64,000 nt of DNA from Octopus sinensis (GCF_006345805.1 NC_043004.1:74090001-74154000), one strand, 5' to 3'; positions 1-13,026 are shown, counted from the stretch's first letter. The notes: a model not told the origin generated them from the sequence alone. Numbers and translations are program-made.

Positions 1-329
1 AAGTTATCTCAAGAACGTAGATATAGATGGAGTGATGTAAAATATTATGCGGGAAAGCTGTTATCAACAACTGTTGTATTTGTTTCCATGTACGAATAAA
101 TTTAGACTTATTGATTTGTTTCATATAGAAGAAATTTTGACAGTCAACCATATTTCTGCATTCTGTAGGTGGCAAGTAAAGAGGCTGGCTTCAAGAAAGA
201 TCAACCAACTTTAAATTAAAACCTAAAGAGCAGAGCAACAACGAATGGATTAATTGTTAAAATATGGTTTGTTTTTCATATAAAATGGAAGAAAACTCGA
301 AATATACACAAAATTACTGTTTGAAAGGG

Positions 330-870
330 ATCTCACATGATTTTAGAGACAACACCCAAGTGTTCTAAAATTTGTATGAAATTGAAGGACACTTTAAGAA
401 TGATCTGTGAAACACTGTCCAAAAGGTGGCCTCACTTTATGTTAGAAATAACAGTAACATTTGCATTCTTTTTCATAGAAAAGTGTAGCATAACTAAAAG
501 TATTCTCCAATGAATTCATACCATGCTAGATACAACAGCCAGTGGCTCCCAATTGTGCATTGATTTTCATACAAAGTTGAGGACTCATAAAGAAGCATCC
601 CATATGTGGTCATTCTTTATGCTAGAAGCAATAAGCAAGTGACACAAAATTCACTACATCGTATAACAATTGAAGGACACATAAGGATTTTATATATAAA
701 ATCAAACAAGATATGTTCGTACACCATGCTAGAAACACCAGCCAATGGCCTTTAAATTTTTGTTCTTTTTCATAGAAGAGTAAAGAACATTTTCAGAAGC
801 ATAGTTTTAATACTGATTTAAGTAGTCTAAAACCATGCTAGAAATACCAGTCAATGGCCCTGATATTTGC
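330..870. repeat. Degenerate ~100-bp tandem repeat
   Basis: A motif like (cc)ATGCTAGA(a/t)ac..c.agcca.tggc recurs near 341, 439, 523, 619, 726 and 835. Sub-motifs TTGAAGGACAC and TTCTTTTTCATAGAA also recur. Confidence 0.45.
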
Positions 871-1417
871 AACTAGGAAGGACATAGCTACCTCATTGTA
901 TATTTCTGTATTTCTCTGTTCCCTCCCTCTGCTTCTCCTTATCTCTCTCTCTCTCTCTCTCTCTCATATTGTATAGCTCCGCCTCCCTGATTTCTCTCTC
1001 TCTCACCTCATACTCTCCCTCTCTCAATATGTATATATACAATTCACTTTATCTCTTCCCTATTTCTTTCTTTCTATCTTTCTCTCTGCCTCTTTTTTAT
1101 CCCCTCTCACCGCACACGCTCTCTCTTTCTCTCTCTCTCATTAAACATACATATTATTATTTCTTTTTTTCCCTCTCCCTGACACTTCATTACATACTGC
1201 CCCGCCTCTTTTTCTCTCTTATCGCGATGACTCCCTCTTTCGGTAAACCTATATATCACTTCCTTTTCCATCTTCTGTCAATCATTCTGACTCTCTCTCT
1301 CTTTCCGTCTTCCTTTTTCTTTCTCTCTCTCTCTTTCCCTCTCCCTTTCTCTTTACGTATCTATTCCAACCTACATTTGATTAGATCTTTCTTTCCCTCT
1401 CTCTCCTCAATATATAC

Positions 1418-1498
<81 letters not shown>

Positions 1499-1547
1499 AG
1501 TATATGTTTGTTTGTGTGTGTGTGTGTGTGTATGTATGTGTATATGT

Positions 1548-1762
1548 TTGTGTATCTGTGTTTGTCCCCCCAACATCGCTTGACAACCGGTGCTGGTGTG
1601 TTTACGTCCCCGTAACTTAATTGTTCGGCAAAAGAGACCAATAGAATAAGTACCAGGCTTACAAAGAATAAGTCCTGGGGTCGATATGCTCGACTAAAGG
1701 CGGTGCTCCAGCATGACCACAGTCAACTGACTGAAACAAATAAAAGAGTAAAGAGTAAAAGA
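1548..1762 (+). mobile_element. SINE 3' portion (family A)
   Basis: Contains ATAAGTACCAGG...CTGGGGTCGAT...GGCGGTGCTCCAGCATG...GACTGAAAC and a (TAAAGAG)n-like tail. Related copies at 51725-51930 and 53800-53940. Confidence 0.7.
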
Positions 1763-1769
1763 GAGAAGA

Positions 1770-2760
1770 CCGGAATCCCTGAATGTGTGGAACTTGCATT
1801 TTGAATCTGGGATGCGATACAAGATACAAAGAAGAACAAAAGCGATTTGAATGTTGTATGGCTTGATCAGGTTAATGCTTATCGTTCTGTACTACACGAA
1901 TTGTTGCTGAAAACAACGGACGTCTTTTATATACGAGAAAAGATTAAGAATCTAATGAAGAGTTGCTGTAATGATTTCAAAATGCGCTTCAGGACAGAAT
2001 ATTTCACAACAGACTCGCATCGTCTTGAGACTGGAATTGCCGTGGGTTGCACAATATCAGTCATTTTGTTTGTACTTGTTATGGAAATGTTTATTAGATC
2101 AGCAGATTGATCAGAAGAAATAACTCGAGTGAAGTCCCCTAAGACGACATTAATGGATGGCATAACAACACAAACAACAGAGCAAAAGGATATGCAAATA
2201 GTTCTGAATAAACTGTATTAATTAATTAGTTGGTCAAGAATAGGGTTGAAGGCAAATAAATGTTGCCGTCATTGGCCAAAGCTCAGCAGAAATAAGTGAA
2301 ATTCAAAGTAGCAGAAGAAAGCATGTCAAAGGTTAAAGAGAAACTGTTTAGGGTGATGGTACACTACCTCATTGTCCCACAAGAGTAGAGGCATCGAGAT
2401 AATAGCACAAAAAGGAGACATCTTATAAGCAATAGATAAGCCAAAACTTTTGGGGAATAAAGGGTTTTAAAGAAATTCTTTATTAAGGAGTCTTAAAATA
2501 TTTCCTGAATCAGATGATGTTCTTGTGAACTGGGATGTGCGGAGTTACGATTCAAGATTACCAACATCAACCCTTCACAAAGATGTCAGGTGTATGTTTA
2601 TCCTACATGAATTTGTCTGCCGTGTATTTGTGGTTAGGTCTTTGGAAACCACCTTGGTTGACATTAGAATTAAGCAGAAGATGAGAAAAATGTTGGTGAG
2701 TGAAGTCATGTCACAGGTTTGGTACAGATATAAGAAGGGAAATAGAGAACTGTGAGAAAA
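1770..2760 (+). mobile_element. Degenerate non-LTR retrotransposon RT fragment (R2/Hero/NeSL-like)
   Basis: ORF 1847-2110 reads VVWLDQVNAYRSVLHEL...GIAVGCTISVILFVLVME, matching RT motifs (WLDxxNAYGSVPH; GIxxGCTISxILF). Downstream is broken by stops and frameshifts. Confidence 0.75.
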
Positions 2761-3014
2761 ATAGTCTTATCAAATGATAATTAAATGTGATAAATGCAAC
2801 GGTGTTAGATTATGTAGGATGTCTTGATAGAGAGACGAAGTTTAAGAAGTTGAATCTATTTTGTTGTGGACCAAAATATTGAGCTATTACATAGATTAAA
2901 AAGGTTGACCAAAATCATAGTGGTCACCGGTTGACCATTGATGATAAGCTTGCCTCAAGAATAAAGATTAAGAAATTTAGTATAAATTATAAAATTTGGA
3001 AATATTTATTTCAG

Positions 3015-3086
3015 GGAGTCCAGAGCTGAAGGAGAAGGATCTTCTGAGAGTGGCTAAGAGGTTAGGAAGTGATTGGTGGCAAATAG
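3015..3086 (+). CDS. Death-domain protein, penultimate exon (phase 1-1)
   Basis: Acceptor tatttcag|GG and donor G|gtgagt bound a 72-nt exon encoding SPELKEKDLLRVAKRLGSDWWQI, which resembles death-domain helices 1-2 and joins in frame to 4571. Confidence 0.8.
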
Positions 3087-3379
3087 GTGAGTATAAAATT
3101 ACACTACCTAATTGATTTCTATAAATTTTACATTCACCTGAGCTATTTCATTTGTCAGGATGAAAGAGAACAGGTTACATTCCTAATTTCCAGAGGAATG
3201 GTTAGCTGCAAAATAAATTCTATTAATGATATTACTGGTATTTCATAAAGTATCCACTGAGGTTGGTAATTATGAATACACAAGAAAATACAAGTAGGAT
3301 TTAATATTGGAAGAAAGAAGAAAAATACGTTAAGGGTAAACAGCTGAGTTAATGACAACGTTTTTGGTTCGTCTTTATT

Positions 3380-4200
3380 CCATCAAAAGACCATGAGTTA
3401 GGGTCTTCTTGAAGCCATTAGGGATTGGGTTATTGTGTTTGAAAGTGATAATTGCAATTTATATTGCCATATTGGAATGACTTTACCACATGACATATGT
3501 TTGTAAATGCTTCAGTAAAAACAGACTTAGTATAGGGGTGACACAGCCAAATCATATCATATTCCCCACATCCAAAAAGAGAGAATGACTCTAAGGAAAT
3601 TTGCCAGAAAATGAATATTCACAAGTGAAGCCAGACCATGGCTGGTCTCTCCCTCACTGAGACATAAGAATAACTGAATGGGTTCAGGAGAATTGATTGA
3701 ATCTGGAGTAGATTCAAAAAGGATTGGATTTGACTTAGAATAATCGACTGTTGGTCTATCATTATTCATTTGATTTTCAGTGTCATTTTGGGAACTTTGC
3801 AAGGTGATTGATTTCACAGAGAGACATTACTTTCATGACCCTTTGAATATCAGATCTGAAATCTGCCAGATTAAGACAGATATATGGAATTTCTCTGAAG
3901 GGTCTCTGGAGTAATGTTACCCAATAGGATGTATAGTTCAGAGATCTGGGAGTCTCTCCAGGTTGAGCCACTTCTTCACATCTCTGGTACCTGTCATAGG
4001 AATGAATTACAAGACAGGTTCTCAAAGTCAAACAAATGGAGTAGGAGACCCAGGGGTAGACCAAGCACTAAATAGTTGGATGATATCCATAGACTTAGTT
4101 GTTGATGCTTGGGAATCCAACCAAAATATGTAATGATGGTTACATCTGATAGGCCCCTATGGAAGAAATGCCAGGGGATTCTATCCCCACAACTCTCCCA
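3380..4200 (+). mobile_element. Highly degenerate RTE-clade LINE 3' RT fragment inside the death-domain intron
   Basis: A + frame gives MEFL*RVSGVML..SSEIWESLQVEPLL and RRPRGRPSTK*LDDI...LGIQP...DRPLWK, typical of the RTE C-terminus. Confidence 0.55.
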
Positions 4201-4570
4201 GAAATATTGAGCAGAGGAAATGAATGGATCAAATGGTTTGCATGTTGGTACCCTATGTTGATTCTTTAGGTTCTCATACACTTTTGCCTTCACAAACACA
4301 TCTGCCATCGGTTTACCTTAAAAGATTCTCAAGTGTAAATTTCAATTAATGTTTTTTTTTAAATCACCTTTAATTTAACCACTTTGTTATTTTTCTCATC
4401 ATCCCTAGAAATAGAAAACAATGTCTTATAATTTTCTTGTTTCTTAGCTATTTTTTTATATTTCTCTCTTGAAATAGTTTCTTTGTTATGTTTATAACAA
4501 CACACATCTTTTATATTATTGTTAATATTGTTAATGTTGCATTTATTTCTTATTGTTGTGTCTTTTGCAG

Positions 4571-4770
4571 CTATTGTTTTAGGAGTTGATACAACTGAAC
4601 TGAAAATTGATGATGAGTCTATTGACGCTGTAAAACAAGTCTACCTGATGCTTTACGAATGGTTCAGGAATTGCGACCCAGAAACACGGACACACGCAAC
4701 ATTACGTGCAGCTCTTGAAGAAGCTGAATGTTTCGCTGCGATGAAATGTCTGTCATTAGACGCAAAGTGA
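4571..4770 (+). CDS. Death-domain protein, terminal coding exon
   Basis: Acceptor tcttttgcag|CT. Encodes (A)IVLGVDTTELKIDDESIDAVKQVYLMLYEWFRNCDPETRTHATLRAALEEAECFAAMKCLSLDAK*, with the death-domain LG...MLxxW...LxxAL pattern. AATAAA at 5013-5018. Upstream exons not identified in the window. Confidence 0.82.
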
Positions 4771-5463
4771 ATTTCCGTGTAACTGTTGTTGTTTAGCCTC
4801 AGATTAACCTTGACCAAACAGAGACTTATGATCAAACGCATTCCAGCCAGGACCATCATGCCTATTTCCAAAGAGAACCCACAACCATATTGTCCAATAT
4901 GCCCTTCTGTACAGCGATATCGTGTGAATTTAGCTGCTAATTCTAGCAGGTATATCAACGACATAGTGATCCCTTCGCTGGTTTGGCTCCTTTGTTAAAA
5001 ATTCACATTTAAAATAAAGACAAACTTTGAAATGTTCATTTATTGTTGTTGCTATTGTTGTATATCTAATCCTCTCCCTAAACAACCCCATTGTTATATA
5101 GACAGCTTTAATATCTTCTGCTATATTGATAGTTATCTACCTTCAGTTTTAGCTGAGAGTAGATACCTGGTATATATATATTAATGTCTTTTCCCTTTAT
5201 ATATCCTATAGAGATAGTATTTCTATATAATACATGATGTATCTAAGGATATATCTCACTTTGTCCTGCTGTGGTTTAAGACATGCCTCTCCAAAGTGGC
5301 GGTGGTTGAATAAAAATTCAGGTTGTGAGCGAGAGAAAATCATTTTCTCAACTCTTCATATTAAACTAGGACTAATGAAGTAATATATCGAAGCTCTTAA
5401 TGTGGAGAGTAGCTGTTTCAAATTCATATGTTTAGCATTTCCTGTGTTATGATAAAATAATGG

Positions 5464-5870
5464 ATGGTGTTTTTTGATGGGTCACAAATCCGAAAGTTAA
5501 TGAAATGCCAGACATTCTCGTGCTCGATGACTGACGTAGAAAAAAGAGCATGGGACTCATTTGTGGCTGTTGTGAAAGGATTTGTAGCGAGTGAAAAGGC
5601 TGAAAACTACAAGGATTTGGTGGAGATATTACTTGATAGCTATCAGCTTTTAGGCGGCGATATGAGCATAAAGCTTCATTTCTTCAAAAGCCATCTTGAT
5701 GAATTTCCTGCTAATCTCGGAGACGCGAGCGATGAGCATGGTGAGCGTTCTCATCAAGCAATCAAGATTAAGGAGGAGAGATATCAAGGCCAATGGAACA
5801 CACACATGATGGCAGACTAATGTTGGAGTATTTAAAGACACTATGTAGACATGAAACATTGGTGAGGGTC
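5464..5870 (+). mobile_element. DNA transposase C-terminal fragment, Chapaev/CMC-like
   Basis: GSQIRKLM...AWDSF...MSIKLHFFKSHLDEFPANLGDASDEHGERSHQ...RYQG.W...MMAD is the conserved C-terminal block I recall from Chapaev3-type transposases. Superfamily assignment is from memory. Confidence 0.7.
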
Positions 5871-6039
5871 TCGCAAGGGGCAATTTGTTCCGTGAATATG
5901 ATGAAGGTATGTGTATGATGGTTTTTGGTTTAGCCATTATAATAGGGAATTGACAGTATGTGTTTAGTAAAATTTTCTAAACTAACTACATGAACTATAC
6001 TGGAATGCAAGATAATATGACGGATTTTGAGTATGAATC

Positions 6040-6530
6040 ATCATCATCATCGTCGTCTAACGTCCGTTTTTCGTGCTAACACGGGTTGGACGGTTTGACC
6101 AGGGTCTGGGAAGCCAGAAGGCTGCACCAGACTCCAGTCTGATCTGGCAGTGTTTCTACAGCTGGATGCCCTTCCTAACGCCAACCACTCAGAGAGTGTA
6201 GTGGGTGATTTTTACATGCCACCTGCACAGGTGCCAGGGGGTCTGGCAAACGGCCACGATCGGTTGGTGCTTTTACGTGCCACTGGCACAGAAGCCAGTC
6301 AAAGCAGTGCTGGCATCGGCCACATTCGGGTGGTGCTTTTTACGTGCCGCCGGCACAGGTGTCGTGACTACAATTTCCACTTGATATTTGTTTTGATATT
6401 TGATATTGATGTTGAAGTTGATGTACTTGACTCAATAGGTCTCCTCAAGCACAGCAGGTCCCTCTATGATCCAAGGTAAGCACAGCAGGACGTTCTGCAA
6501 TCCAGGTACTATGAATGGGCTGGGGCTATA
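6040..6530 (-). mobile_element. SINE-like element with RTE-type (GAT)n tail
   Basis: (CAT)n at 6040-6055 followed by AACGTCCG...CTGGATGCCCTTCCTAACGCCAACC, plus an internal triplicated GTG(C/A)TTTT(T)AC(A/G)TGCC motif. Confidence 0.65.
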
Positions 6531-6702
6531 TGGATTATTGCAGTAAAATAACCAAGGAAATATATATGGATTTAAAGACTCTCATCAAAAGTAGTAATTT
6601 TTAATTTTCATTTTACATTTCAAACAAACACTATTTTACAATTTTACTTCAAATTTAAAAAAAAACTATCATTCGATATATTATACAATATTCATATTTT
6701 AT

Positions 6703-6792
6703 ATCTCTGAAGAGCAGAAGGGTTGTCTATAAATGCTTATCAATATAGGTTATCTATATGGGGACAACCCTTCTGCGAAACGATCGTAAGAT
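6703..6792 (+). ncRNA. Type I hammerhead ribozyme with extended helix II
   Basis: AUCU-CUGAAGA-GCAGAAGGGUUGUC-[35 nt]-GACAACCCUUCUGC-GAAA-CGAUCG-UA-AGAU. The core is complete, G10.1-C11.1 is canonical, the cleavage triplet is GUA and helix III is palindromic. Confidence 0.85.
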
Positions 6793-7076
6793 GCTTAAAT
6801 AATTAATTCAAAACTTTTAAACTATCAAATTTATCTTATACATTATAATTATATTTTTATATTCATTTACTTATATATATTTTTAATACAATGAGGTCTT
6901 TCACACGAGTATATCTTTATGATGAGTTCAATATTGATTTCCTTATATTAATAATAATAATATATTATTTAAAAATATATGTATATATCGCTCGTATTAA
7001 ATATATAAATACTTTAATAGTATTAATATTTTTATACAATGGAGCACTCAAGATAAATTCAGTATATAATATTCTT

Positions 7077-7140
<64 letters not shown>

Positions 7141-7185
7141 CATACATACATACATACATATACACGTACATACTCACATACACAC

Positions 7186-7271
<86 letters not shown>

Positions 7272-8030
7272 TAGAAGAAATGAGGTACTCAGAAGATCGG
7301 ATGGTTTATATTTACAGATATTTATTTGTATATTACATTTTTATATATATATATATCATATCACTTAGATCATCAGCGCTTTCTCCCATTCTAGTGGGGT
7401 TTTCAAATCAAACTAAGTTCCTGTGTGGGGAATTTTGATCATTTTATAGAGTTTCGTAGTGGTGGGGAGGAATATAAGACAGTACAAGAGGGTGATGGAT
7501 GAGGAGAAAGTGAGAGAGAGAACATGTGTGTATGTGTGTGTGTGTGTTTTTGTATCTGGGGTGAGTGCTAAAGAGAAAGAGGGGAAGGGAGAGGGAAGAA
7601 GAAGGAAAGAATTTTTTTGGTCTGCTGGACAGAATATTGACTTCTGCTGGACAGAATATTGACTCCAAGACGCGACATCTGCTGATTTACTTTATTGCCC
7701 ACTGAGTTGAACAGTTTTCAATTCGAAATTGTGTTTCAAAATGAATTCGACAATACAAAGGGAAGTAATCATTCCTATTCTACAAGAGTGATTTCCCTTC
7801 AACTGCTAATTATTTCATATAGCGATTAGAATCCCGTCTTAAACTATGATAATCCCGTTTCTTATACTTCCTAATTAAATATGTAGAATTGTTAAGATTT
7901 TACATTAATTATACAGAATTGGCACAAGCATGGTTGTGTGGCTTCTTAATACGGCCATGGATTTACAACTGGAAGGTTGTGGGTTCAGTCCTACTGCACG
8001 GAATCATGGAAAAGTATCTTGCCTTCCGTT

Positions 8031-8081
<51 letters not shown>

Positions 8082-8096
<15 letters not shown>

Positions 8097-11000
8097 GTTG
8101 GCATCCTTTTTGTCTCGGGAGACAATGGAGTTGCGCATATAATAGTCCAGTCCGGCTTTTACATTTCATGTCCTGATACACTTCCTGCTGTGGCTGTGTA
8201 GTCCTATCCTGGACAAACACTCCCTCTGGCAGGTACCGCAAATGTAGCGAAGACTGTTCCTGGCTGGTTGTAATGCCATAGTCTCTTGTTGACGACTCTT
8301 CTTTTCTTTCCATTTCTCCTCTCTCTCTCTCTGTCACTCCTTTGTATTCCCTCTTTGACGGTACGTCGCCAATCTCCACGGTTGCTGGCAACTGCCTCCC
8401 AACCGCTAATATTGATGTTGCAGGCCTTCATATCCCTTTTGCAAACATTCGTGTAACGTAAGAACTGTCTACTCAAAGACCTAGTACCCCTAGCAAGCTC
8501 TCCGTAGAGTATGTCCTTGGGGATTCTGCCATCTTTCATACGGCTAACATGCCCAAGCCATCTCATACGTCTTTGTGTGAGGAGTGCAAACATGCTTGGT
8601 ATTCCTGCTTGTTTGAGGACATCTTTGTTGGAGATATGATTCTGCCAATTGATGCGGAGGATTTTCCGGAGGCAGCGCAGGTGAAAGATGTTTAGGCGAC
8701 GCTCTTGGCGTGTGTATAGCGTCCAAGTCTCACTTCCATACAGTAGAGTGCTAAGTACACATGCCTGGTAGATCTTCATTTTCGTGGTCTTGGTCAGCTT
8801 ATTGTTGTCCCATGCCCGTTTGGAGAGTTGGGCCATCGCAGCAGCTGCCTTGCCAATGCGTATATTGAGCTCAGCGTTAATTAATAGGTTGAAGGTGACG
8901 GTAGAGCCAAGATAGGTAAACTTCTCCACCTCCTGTAATCTGTGGTCTCCAATATGTATGTTTGGGATGTCCGATGTAGCCTGACCCATGATGTTGGTCT
9001 TCTTAAGGCTGATAGCTAAGCCAAAGTCGTTACATGCTTGCTCAAAACAATTAATGAGCCTTTGGAGGGCTTCTTCTGTGTGTGATACCAGAGCGGCATC
9101 ATCAGCAAATAGCATCTCCTTGATCAGGACGTTTCTGATTTTGGTTTTGGCACGCAGGCGCGAGAGATTGAACAGTTTCCCGTCACTTCTACTGTGCAGA
9201 AACACTCCATCATCTGATGTCTGAAAGGCATGTGAGAGCAAGAGCGAGAAGAAGATGCCAAATAATATAGGAGCGAGGACACAACCTAGCTTTACCCCGT
9301 TTTTTATCTGGAAGGCGGCTGATGTTGAACCATTGTGCTGTATGGTGCCTTGCATGTCATCATGGAAAGACTTGATGATCCTCAGCAGCTTTGGTGGACA
9401 TCCGATCTTTTGGAGCAGGATGAAGAGGCCTTTTCTACTTACCGAATCAAAGGCCTTTGTTAGATCAATGAAGGCCATATATAATGGCATTTTCTGCTCT
9501 CTGGACTTATCCTGAAGTTGGCGTATGGAGAATATCATATCAATAATTGATCTGCTTCTTCTAAAGCCACACTGCGATTCCGGATAGATTCGAGAAGCAA
9601 GTAGTTGTAGCCTGGCCAGGATAACGCGAGCAAAGGTCTTTCCAACAGTGCTTAGAAGAGATATTCTACGGTAATTGTTACAATCACCACGGTCACCTTT
9701 GTTTTTGTAAAGCGTAATGATGTTAGCATCCCGCATATCCTGAGGGAATGTACCCTCTGCCCAGCACTGACACAGAAGCTCATGAAGGTGCCGAAGCAGG
9801 ATGGTGTTTTTGCCGGCTTTGATGATCTCTGAGGGGATGCCGTCTTTTCCCGGAGCCTTGTTACTTGCTAGGGAGTCAATAGCCTTGGTGAGCTCTGCTA
9901 TAGATGGCGGACTGTCAAGTTCGCACATGACTGGCAAGATCTTGACACTCTCGATTGCAGCCTCAACTACTGTAGTCTCCCGTGAGTAGAGATCCTGGTA
10001 GTGCTCCACCCATCTATCCATTTGCTTTGATCCCTGATGAGATCTCCAGAAGCTGATTTCAGAGGGGCTGACTTGGTTGCGGATGGACCGAGGGCCTTCT
10101 TCAAACCGGCATACATCCCACGGGTGTCGCCCCTGTCAGCAGCTGACTGGATACTCTGACAGATTTCCTGCCAATACCTATTTGCACAGCGTCTGGCTGT
10201 CAGTTGGGTTTTATTTCTTGCCTTTCTGAGTTCTTCGAGTGACTTTGTAGAAGAATCACTCTTGTATTGCATCAGAGCTGCACGCTTTGCTTCGATAACT
10301 GGCTCCAGCTCTGAGAGCCCAGCATTGAACCAATCTGGGTTTTGCCTTTCTCTCATGCCGAAAGTATCTATTGATGTGGTATACAAAGCTTCCCCGATAT
10401 AATTTCACCTACTTTCAGCAGAGGAGGTTGGGCAGCTACTGAGGGCAACCCCTTGATAGAAGCAGCAAAACATTTTCGCAGTGTAGGGTCCGAGGTTCTG
10501 GCAGTGTTAATGCGTGGTCGGCCCACTTTCTTGAAGCGATGGACTTTTTTAGGCAGAATCCTCACCCTACTTCTAATTAGTGAGTGGTCTGTGTCACAAT
10601 CTGCGCTGTAGTAACTGCGAGTCAGTAGAACAGATTTCAGAAAGGATCTCCGTGTAATGATGAGATCCAGTGGTGAGATCTTGGATGTCTCCAAGATGCC
10701 TTGTGGGATGGCTTGTTGGGAAAGAATGTGTTTGTGATGCACAGGTTATGGTATGTGCAGAATTCGAGTAGTCTCTGACCATTGTCATTCATGTTGCCAA
10801 TACCAAAGTGTCCAACACAAATGGGCCACGAATCATGGTCAGATCCCACGCGAGTGTTAAAATCCCCTAGAAGGTAGATATTTTCAGTCGTTGGTATATT
10901 TTCTATGACACAGTTGAGATCTTTGTAGAACTGGTACTTAGTCTCCTCTGAGCTGTAGAGAGTGGGAGCATAGATGCTGAGTAGATGTACTGAGCCAGAA

Positions 11001-11960
11001 GAAGTCGAGAGGCGCAGTGAGAGGATACGCTCAGTGCTTCCTGATGGTGGTTCTATTGAGAAGAGTAATGAGTTTCTCACTGCAAAGCCAACGCCATGCT
11101 GACGAGGTTCTTCTGGATCGCTTCCCTGCCAAAAGAAGGTGAAATCCTGTTCTTTGAGTTTGCCGTTTGAGGGAAGTCTTGTCTCCTGTAGCCCAGCAAT
11201 ATCTATGTTAAGCCTCTTTAGTTCACGGTCAATGATGGCCATTTTCCTTGTATCTTCAACCCTGAGTAGATCATCAGATATTCCAGGGCACATGGTCCTG
11301 ACATTCCAGCTTGCCAACCGCAGGACTGGTGGTTTCTTGTCTTTTAGTTGTTTGCCTGGTGCAGAGATTGCAGGCCGCTTTTCAAGCCATACTCTTAGCT
11401 TCAAGCACCCAATGAAGCAGGCGGCCTGTTGCGGGTCAGCACCTTATTAACTGGGGGCTGCCCAGCTTGAGGTGGGAAGTAGCTAACCAATAGGACACGG
11501 AGGTCCCTCCCACCGTCAGAGGTAACCCGTAGCGCCCATATTTTACGCCAATCTGAATGGACTTATCACTCGTGACTGTTACCTCCCGTGTTGTTTCTGA
11601 AGCTTTTAACAGCAGCACTGAAGTGTCCTCTCCAGGTTTGCGCAGGCCTGGGCTATAGATAAGAAAGTCCTGGGTAACCCAATCGTCAGGTTTCCTCTCT
11701 CGACCTTGCTGATGTAGTCCAAAGGAGTTCAGAGCATTACGTCTGGCACCAGCTTGGTTGCAGGAGCTGCCGGAAGAGTGTCGAGTCGAACACTAAACCG
11801 CCTTCGGGGCTCCACTCCGGATTTCTTTGAAGGTTGTCTCCTTTCCGTAACCCTGGATAGGGGCCCATACCGGGTACTGTCAGCCGGAGCCAGCTGAGCC
11901 CGGAACGCGTGTCAGGCAGGTCGTCACTCCCAGAAGTAGTGAAGAAGTTCGCTACCCACT
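8082..11960 (-). mobile_element. Near full-length RTE (BovB-like) LINE with about four frameshifts
   Basis: APE (LASWNVRTM, GLQETR, IYAPT, GDFNTRVG) at 10637-11404. RT (APGKDG, FIDLTKAFDSV, GCVLAPILF, LFADDAAL, KFTYLGS) at 8204-10021. C-terminal CGTC..HSH motif in a shifted frame. (CAA)n tail at 8082-8100 and a ~550-nt 5' UTR. The 5' boundary is approximate. Confidence 0.93.
8204..10021 (-). pseudogene. RTE reverse transcriptase ORF segment (605 aa)
   Basis: Supplied ORF with a full set of RT motifs, separated by frameshifts from the upstream linker and APE pieces (9967-10386, 10368-10742, 10637-11404). Confidence 0.9.
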
Positions 11961-12047
11961 ACCTTTTCAAGTAATGTTAAATTATTATTAGATTTTTCAT
12001 TCTTTTTCCTACGTTTGTTTTATATATTTATTTTCAGCCACTAATAT

Positions 12048-12250
12048 TCATCATCATCAGCAGCAGCAGCAGCAATATCACTATCAGCAGTAGCAGAGGC
12101 AGTGGTAACAGCAGTAGTAATGGCAGCAGCAACAGCAGCAGTAGCCGTAGTGGCAGCAGCAACAGTGGTAGCAATAGTAGCAGCAGTAGTGACAGCAGCA
12201 GTAGTGATAGCAGCAGTAGTAGTAGCAGTAGCAGCAGCAACAGTAGCAGC

Positions 12251-12286
<36 letters not shown>

Positions 12287-12290
12287 TGGT
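12048..12290. repeat. Compound (CAG)/(TAG) trinucleotide microsatellite
   Basis: Visible directly. It explains the poly-L, poly-V/A and poly-Y/C ORFs here. Confidence 0.95.
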
Positions 12291-12868
12291 TAGCAAGAGG
12301 TAATCTATAAATAGATTCAGCAGATGGTGGCGAGGTCGGCCATAGAGTACATAGAGTACAAAGGACCCTTTGGGTCAAGAGAGGTCAAAACCAGTTGATA
12401 CTGGGAGCGCTGGCTCGAAAAGCAATTCAACTTGTATTTGCAATTAATGGTAGGAAAATAATAATAACATATATATACACACACATACATATGCATATGT
12501 ATACACACACACATACACACACATATTTTTTTAAATTCCTGAATTCAATTGTGTTGTTGCAATAAAAGTTGTAAAAGTTGTGTTTACATGTTTGGGTAAT
12601 ATATTTAAGTTTTTAAGTATATACATGTATATATTAGCAGGTGCTTACTTCCATAATTTTTCTTTTATCGTGCATTTAGTTGTGTTGTTACAATAAAAGG
12701 CATTTTTTCATATTCTGATAGGAAGAGGGGACGACAAGATGTTCACACAGAATTGGAGATATTTATATTTCTAATTTTTTTGTTAGGTGTTCGTTTGTGT
12801 GTCCAAAGCTGTAGATATGTAAGTTCCTTAACTTATTTTGAGGGAAATTCAAATTACTCACAGAAAAT

Positions 12869-12957
<89 letters not shown>

Positions 12958-13026
12958 GTGTGTGTATGTATGTGTGTGTATGTATGTATGTATGTATGTA
13001 TGTATGTATGTATGTATGTATGTATG

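Noticed and set aside
969-1499. 176-aa ORF and dozens of YIYI/MYVC/HTHT/poly-L ORFs across the window
   Set aside because: They are translations of (CT)n, (TA)n, (TATG)n, (CA)n and trinucleotide microsatellites, with no domain content.
3557-4308. Three overlapping minus-strand ORFs suggesting a nested antisense gene
   Set aside because: The + strand carries RTE C-terminal motifs (RRPRGRP..LDDI), so these are antisense shadows of a LINE relic.
4786-4998. 70-aa ORF directly after the death-domain stop
   Set aside because: It lies between the stop codon and AATAAA (probable 3' UTR) and has no recognisable motif.
11900-11965. Possible HDV-like ribozyme at the RTE 5' end (GGUAGUG/CACUACU stem with a G-U first pair)
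   Set aside because: Only 15 nt lie between the P1 strands, too few for P2+P3+L3, and there is no GG for P1.1 after P1'. It looks like a simple hairpin, though a covariance-model search would settle it.
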